DNA of 64,000 bases from Mustelus asterias (Eukaryota). A program made the translations under genes and the position numbers. Position 1 is the first letter of the stretch; each line of letters opens with the position of its first letter. The notes beneath the pieces are model-generated. The model made no database searches. It had not been told where the DNA came from and saw only the letters and a list, made by a program, of their open reading frames with translations. Below, one piece after another: positions 60,801-64,000 of the stretch. The stretch spans positions 1 through 64,000 of the forward strand of contig NW_027591018.1 of NCBI RefSeq assembly GCF_964213995.1. Reading direction: 5' to 3'.

Positions 60801-63664
60801 TATAAACTAGATACAGTTTCTCTTCTTAATGCATGGGGCCATCCCTCTGTATATACTACAATTGGTCTTTACTTAGTTATTGCTTCACTCAACTATGTCA
60901 CTGTTTCCAATGCACTCAGTGAAGTCACAGTTATTGACGCACGCAGCCATGCCTCTATCTACACCACACCCGACAATTTCTAAGCTGTTGCTGCACTTCC
61001 CCAGGAATAGATTTGATCTGTTTCTCTTACATTCAGCATCATCGGAGATACTGCTGTGTTCGGCCTTGTTTCATTCATTACTCAACTCACCTGTGTCTCA
61101 GTTTTATTTTACACAAGTTCCTGTCTTTCTTATTCCTACATTCTACCCTGTTTCAGTTGTTACTGCACTGAAAAATCTCTCTGTTAGGTAGACAGAGAAA
61201 GAGAGTCAGCTGGATGGATAGACGAATATTCCTTTCAAGTTATATATTTGTGTGGGTCAGCTGGTGCCACCACTCTTGTTTGGAACGGTTTTTGTTTGGT
61301 CTTGTTACCAGCTATTGGGTGTTGTGTGAAATGTCCAATTGCTCCAGTATTGTGTGTGTAATATTGGTGTTGAAAGATTGGGTGAATTTCGCTCGAGTCT
61401 CTTGGAGATGAGCAGAAATTGAGGAAGGGAAATAAAGTTGAACATCGGTAAAGGGAAAGTGACCACAGTCCCAGATGACGATCTGCTGCTCTCCCCTTTG
61501 AGGGGGAGAACTCACTGGCGGTGATTTACCACACCTCAGGCCAGGGGAAAGGTTGAAAGGGTTGGGCTTTCATGACGTGTTGGAGACTTTGTGCATCTCA
61601 AACCAGCTGTCCAGCCAACTGAGTGAACCAACTTCCATATTGCCACATTTCAATGCATGTTGCACAACCTGGTCACAAACTATTGCATTGGAGATTACTC
61701 ACTGATATTGGGATTGATCTGTGACAATTCTCACAGTCGCATATGTGTGTGTGTTTGTGTGTGTATGTTTCTGTCTGTGTGCATGTTAGTGGATATGTTT
61801 TTACAGATTCCCAGAGAGAGAGAGAGAGCGAGAGATGCAGAGACCAACAGATGACAGGGTCAAGGAGAGTGAGAGAAAGAGAGAGCCAGATTGAGAGAGG
61901 CACTGAGAGACAATGTCTGTCCAAATCCTCTTGAAGCCACTTTGCATTTTCCTCACAACTCACATTCCCACCGAGCTTTGTATCAACCGCAAACTTGGAA
62001 ATATTACATTAGGTCCCCACATCCAAATCATTGATAAACATTGTGAACATCTGGGAACAAAGTCCAGATCCTTGTGGCACAGCCGGCCGACACAAGACGG
62101 AGAAATCATCTGGCCGGGAACACAACAGCGACATTTTTCAGGGAAGCTTGGAGCCAGCTGTGTCTCAGTGGATCATAATCTGACCTCAGAATCATTCCAT
62201 TGTGGCTTCAGTTACAGCATCAAATTCTCGGCCAGGCTGGAAAACAAATCACTCCTCAAATCCCCAAATAAAACGTTCTGGGATCTGAACTTAAAATGCT
62301 GTAACTGATCATGGAGGAAAGAGTGGGGTCTAATAGACACTGAGAAGATAACTTGCATCTGAATCATAGAACGGTGACAGCACAGGAGGCCATTCAGCCC
62401 CATCAAGCCAGTGCGACACTCTGCAAGAGCAATGTCACTATTCCCACTCCTCCACCCTTTCCCCGTCACCCTGTAAATATTTCCCCTTCAGCTTCCCATT
62501 CAACTTCTCCTGGAAGTCCTTGATGGAATCTGCTTCCACCTCACGCTCAGACAGTACATTCCAGATACTGGACACTCGCTACATTAGAAACATTTCCTCA
62601 TGTTGCCGCTGTCGCCATTTACCTGAATTCAGCATCCTCTGGTTTTCAACCTTTCCCCCAATGTGCCGATTATCTCAAAGCCGATTCTCTCAGTCCCGGG
62701 ACGTCCCTGCAGGAGTTCCTCAGGGTGAGTGTCCGCGGCCCCAACCATCTTCAGCTGCTCCATCACTGACCTTCCCTCCATCACAAGGTCTGAAGTGGGG
62801 ATGTTCGCTGATGATTGCACAATGTTCAGCACCATGCGCAACTCCTCAGATACTTAAACAGAAAATAAGAACATACCAAACAGGTCAGGCAGCATCTGTG
62901 GAGAGAGAAACAGATTCTGGGACCAGGGGGACTGAGAGACAGGCAGATTGAGAAAAATATGCACGCACACTAACACTCACACTCAGACAGCCTAAAACTA
63001 AACAGATATATAATGGAGGAGGAATCCCTTCTCCCTCTGTAAATAGAGATTAACTAGATTTCTCTTCCAAAAAGACAGCACATCTGGATGGGCAGAATAG
63101 TCTCCAATTCTCCCCATGGTCCTTTTCTGATCTCCATTCTTCACATTTGCACACATTGGCTTCAGCTCCAGTTTGTGAATGAAAGCAAACCCCTGTTCAT
63201 TACAAATCCACTCAGCCTTTTCCCTCTGCTCTCTCCACACACAATCTACAAGACACAAACAGGAAACATGGATTCCAGGAGAGAAAGGTCACACCTGATC
63301 CTCCTCTCAATGGATTCTCTGTCGCCAGAGAGAACATTCCAGCTCCTACAGAAAGTCACAACTGATTAATGTCAGGGACAGAATTGGAATGAATTAGACA
63401 CAAGAGAGATGAAAGGATTCTGCTCATCATAAAAAGCTAAAGAGTCACTCAATGTCATTAAGGGAGAGACCTCGCTGGTCTATCTTTGACCCAAGTCACA
63501 CACTGACTCTGAATGTCCTCACAGCAACTTGGGGGATGGACATTTCTAAAGTACTATTCATGGCTTTAGGGTTTCCAAAAGTGTTTCACCGACAATGGAG
63601 CGCTTTTGAAATGTTGTCAGTGTTATTTAGGAAATAAGCAAACTTTTGACGCCACACGCATTGA

Positions 63665-64000
63665 GTTTAAAAATTGGCAAGCCATGTTGCAGCTTTATAG
63701 AACCATTGTTAGGCCGCACTTGGAATATAGTGTTCAATTCTGATTGCCACACTACTAGAAGGATGTGCAGGCTTTGGAGACGGTACAGAAAAGATTTACC
63801 AGGATGTTGCCTGGTATGGAGGGCATTAGCGATGAGGAGAGTTTGGAGAAACTTGGTTTGTTCTCACTGGAATGACGGAGGCAAGGGGGGTGACCTGATC
63901 GAAGTCTACAAGATTGTGAGAGGCATGGACAGAGTGGATAGTCAGGAGCTTTTTCCCAGGGTTGAAGAGTCAATTACTAGGGGGCACAGGTTTAAGGTGT
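63665..64000 (+). mobile_element. CR1 3' fragment running off the window end
   Basis: VRPHLEYSVQF*..VQKRFTRMLPG. Confidence 0.88.

Noticed and set aside
62998-63258. Possible exon or CR1 ORF1 esterase remnant (WICNEQGFAFI)
   Set aside because: A single weak motif with no supporting splice structure

Overview
Repeat-rich eukaryotic DNA from a cartilaginous fish (shark-type HE1-like SINEs, CR1 LINEs and Penelope elements). The core, from about 13.7 to 47.9 kb, is part of a T-cell receptor alpha/delta variable-segment array. I can read 8 apparently functional leader+V+RSS segments, one intact V that has lost its RSS 2 nt from the coding end, one V with a dead splice acceptor (missed by the ORF track), and at least 5 V fragments. 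The V segments lie in both orientations. No D, J or C segments are visible. Interleaved with them are a 9-finger C2H2 zinc-finger gene, a ZNF relic, a tRNA-Val pseudogene and an intact two-exon GPR139-like receptor gene. The flanks are mostly LINE/SINE debris, micro- and minisatellites, N gaps and recent segmental duplications, one of which carries a CpG-island promoter. The most notable observations are a possible germline RAG-type scar, a group of V segments combining a 24-bp RSS spacer with an RSS-adjacent CTCF motif, and the TCR-V/ZNF/tRNA/GPCR mosaic. All calls were made by eye; no database searches were run.
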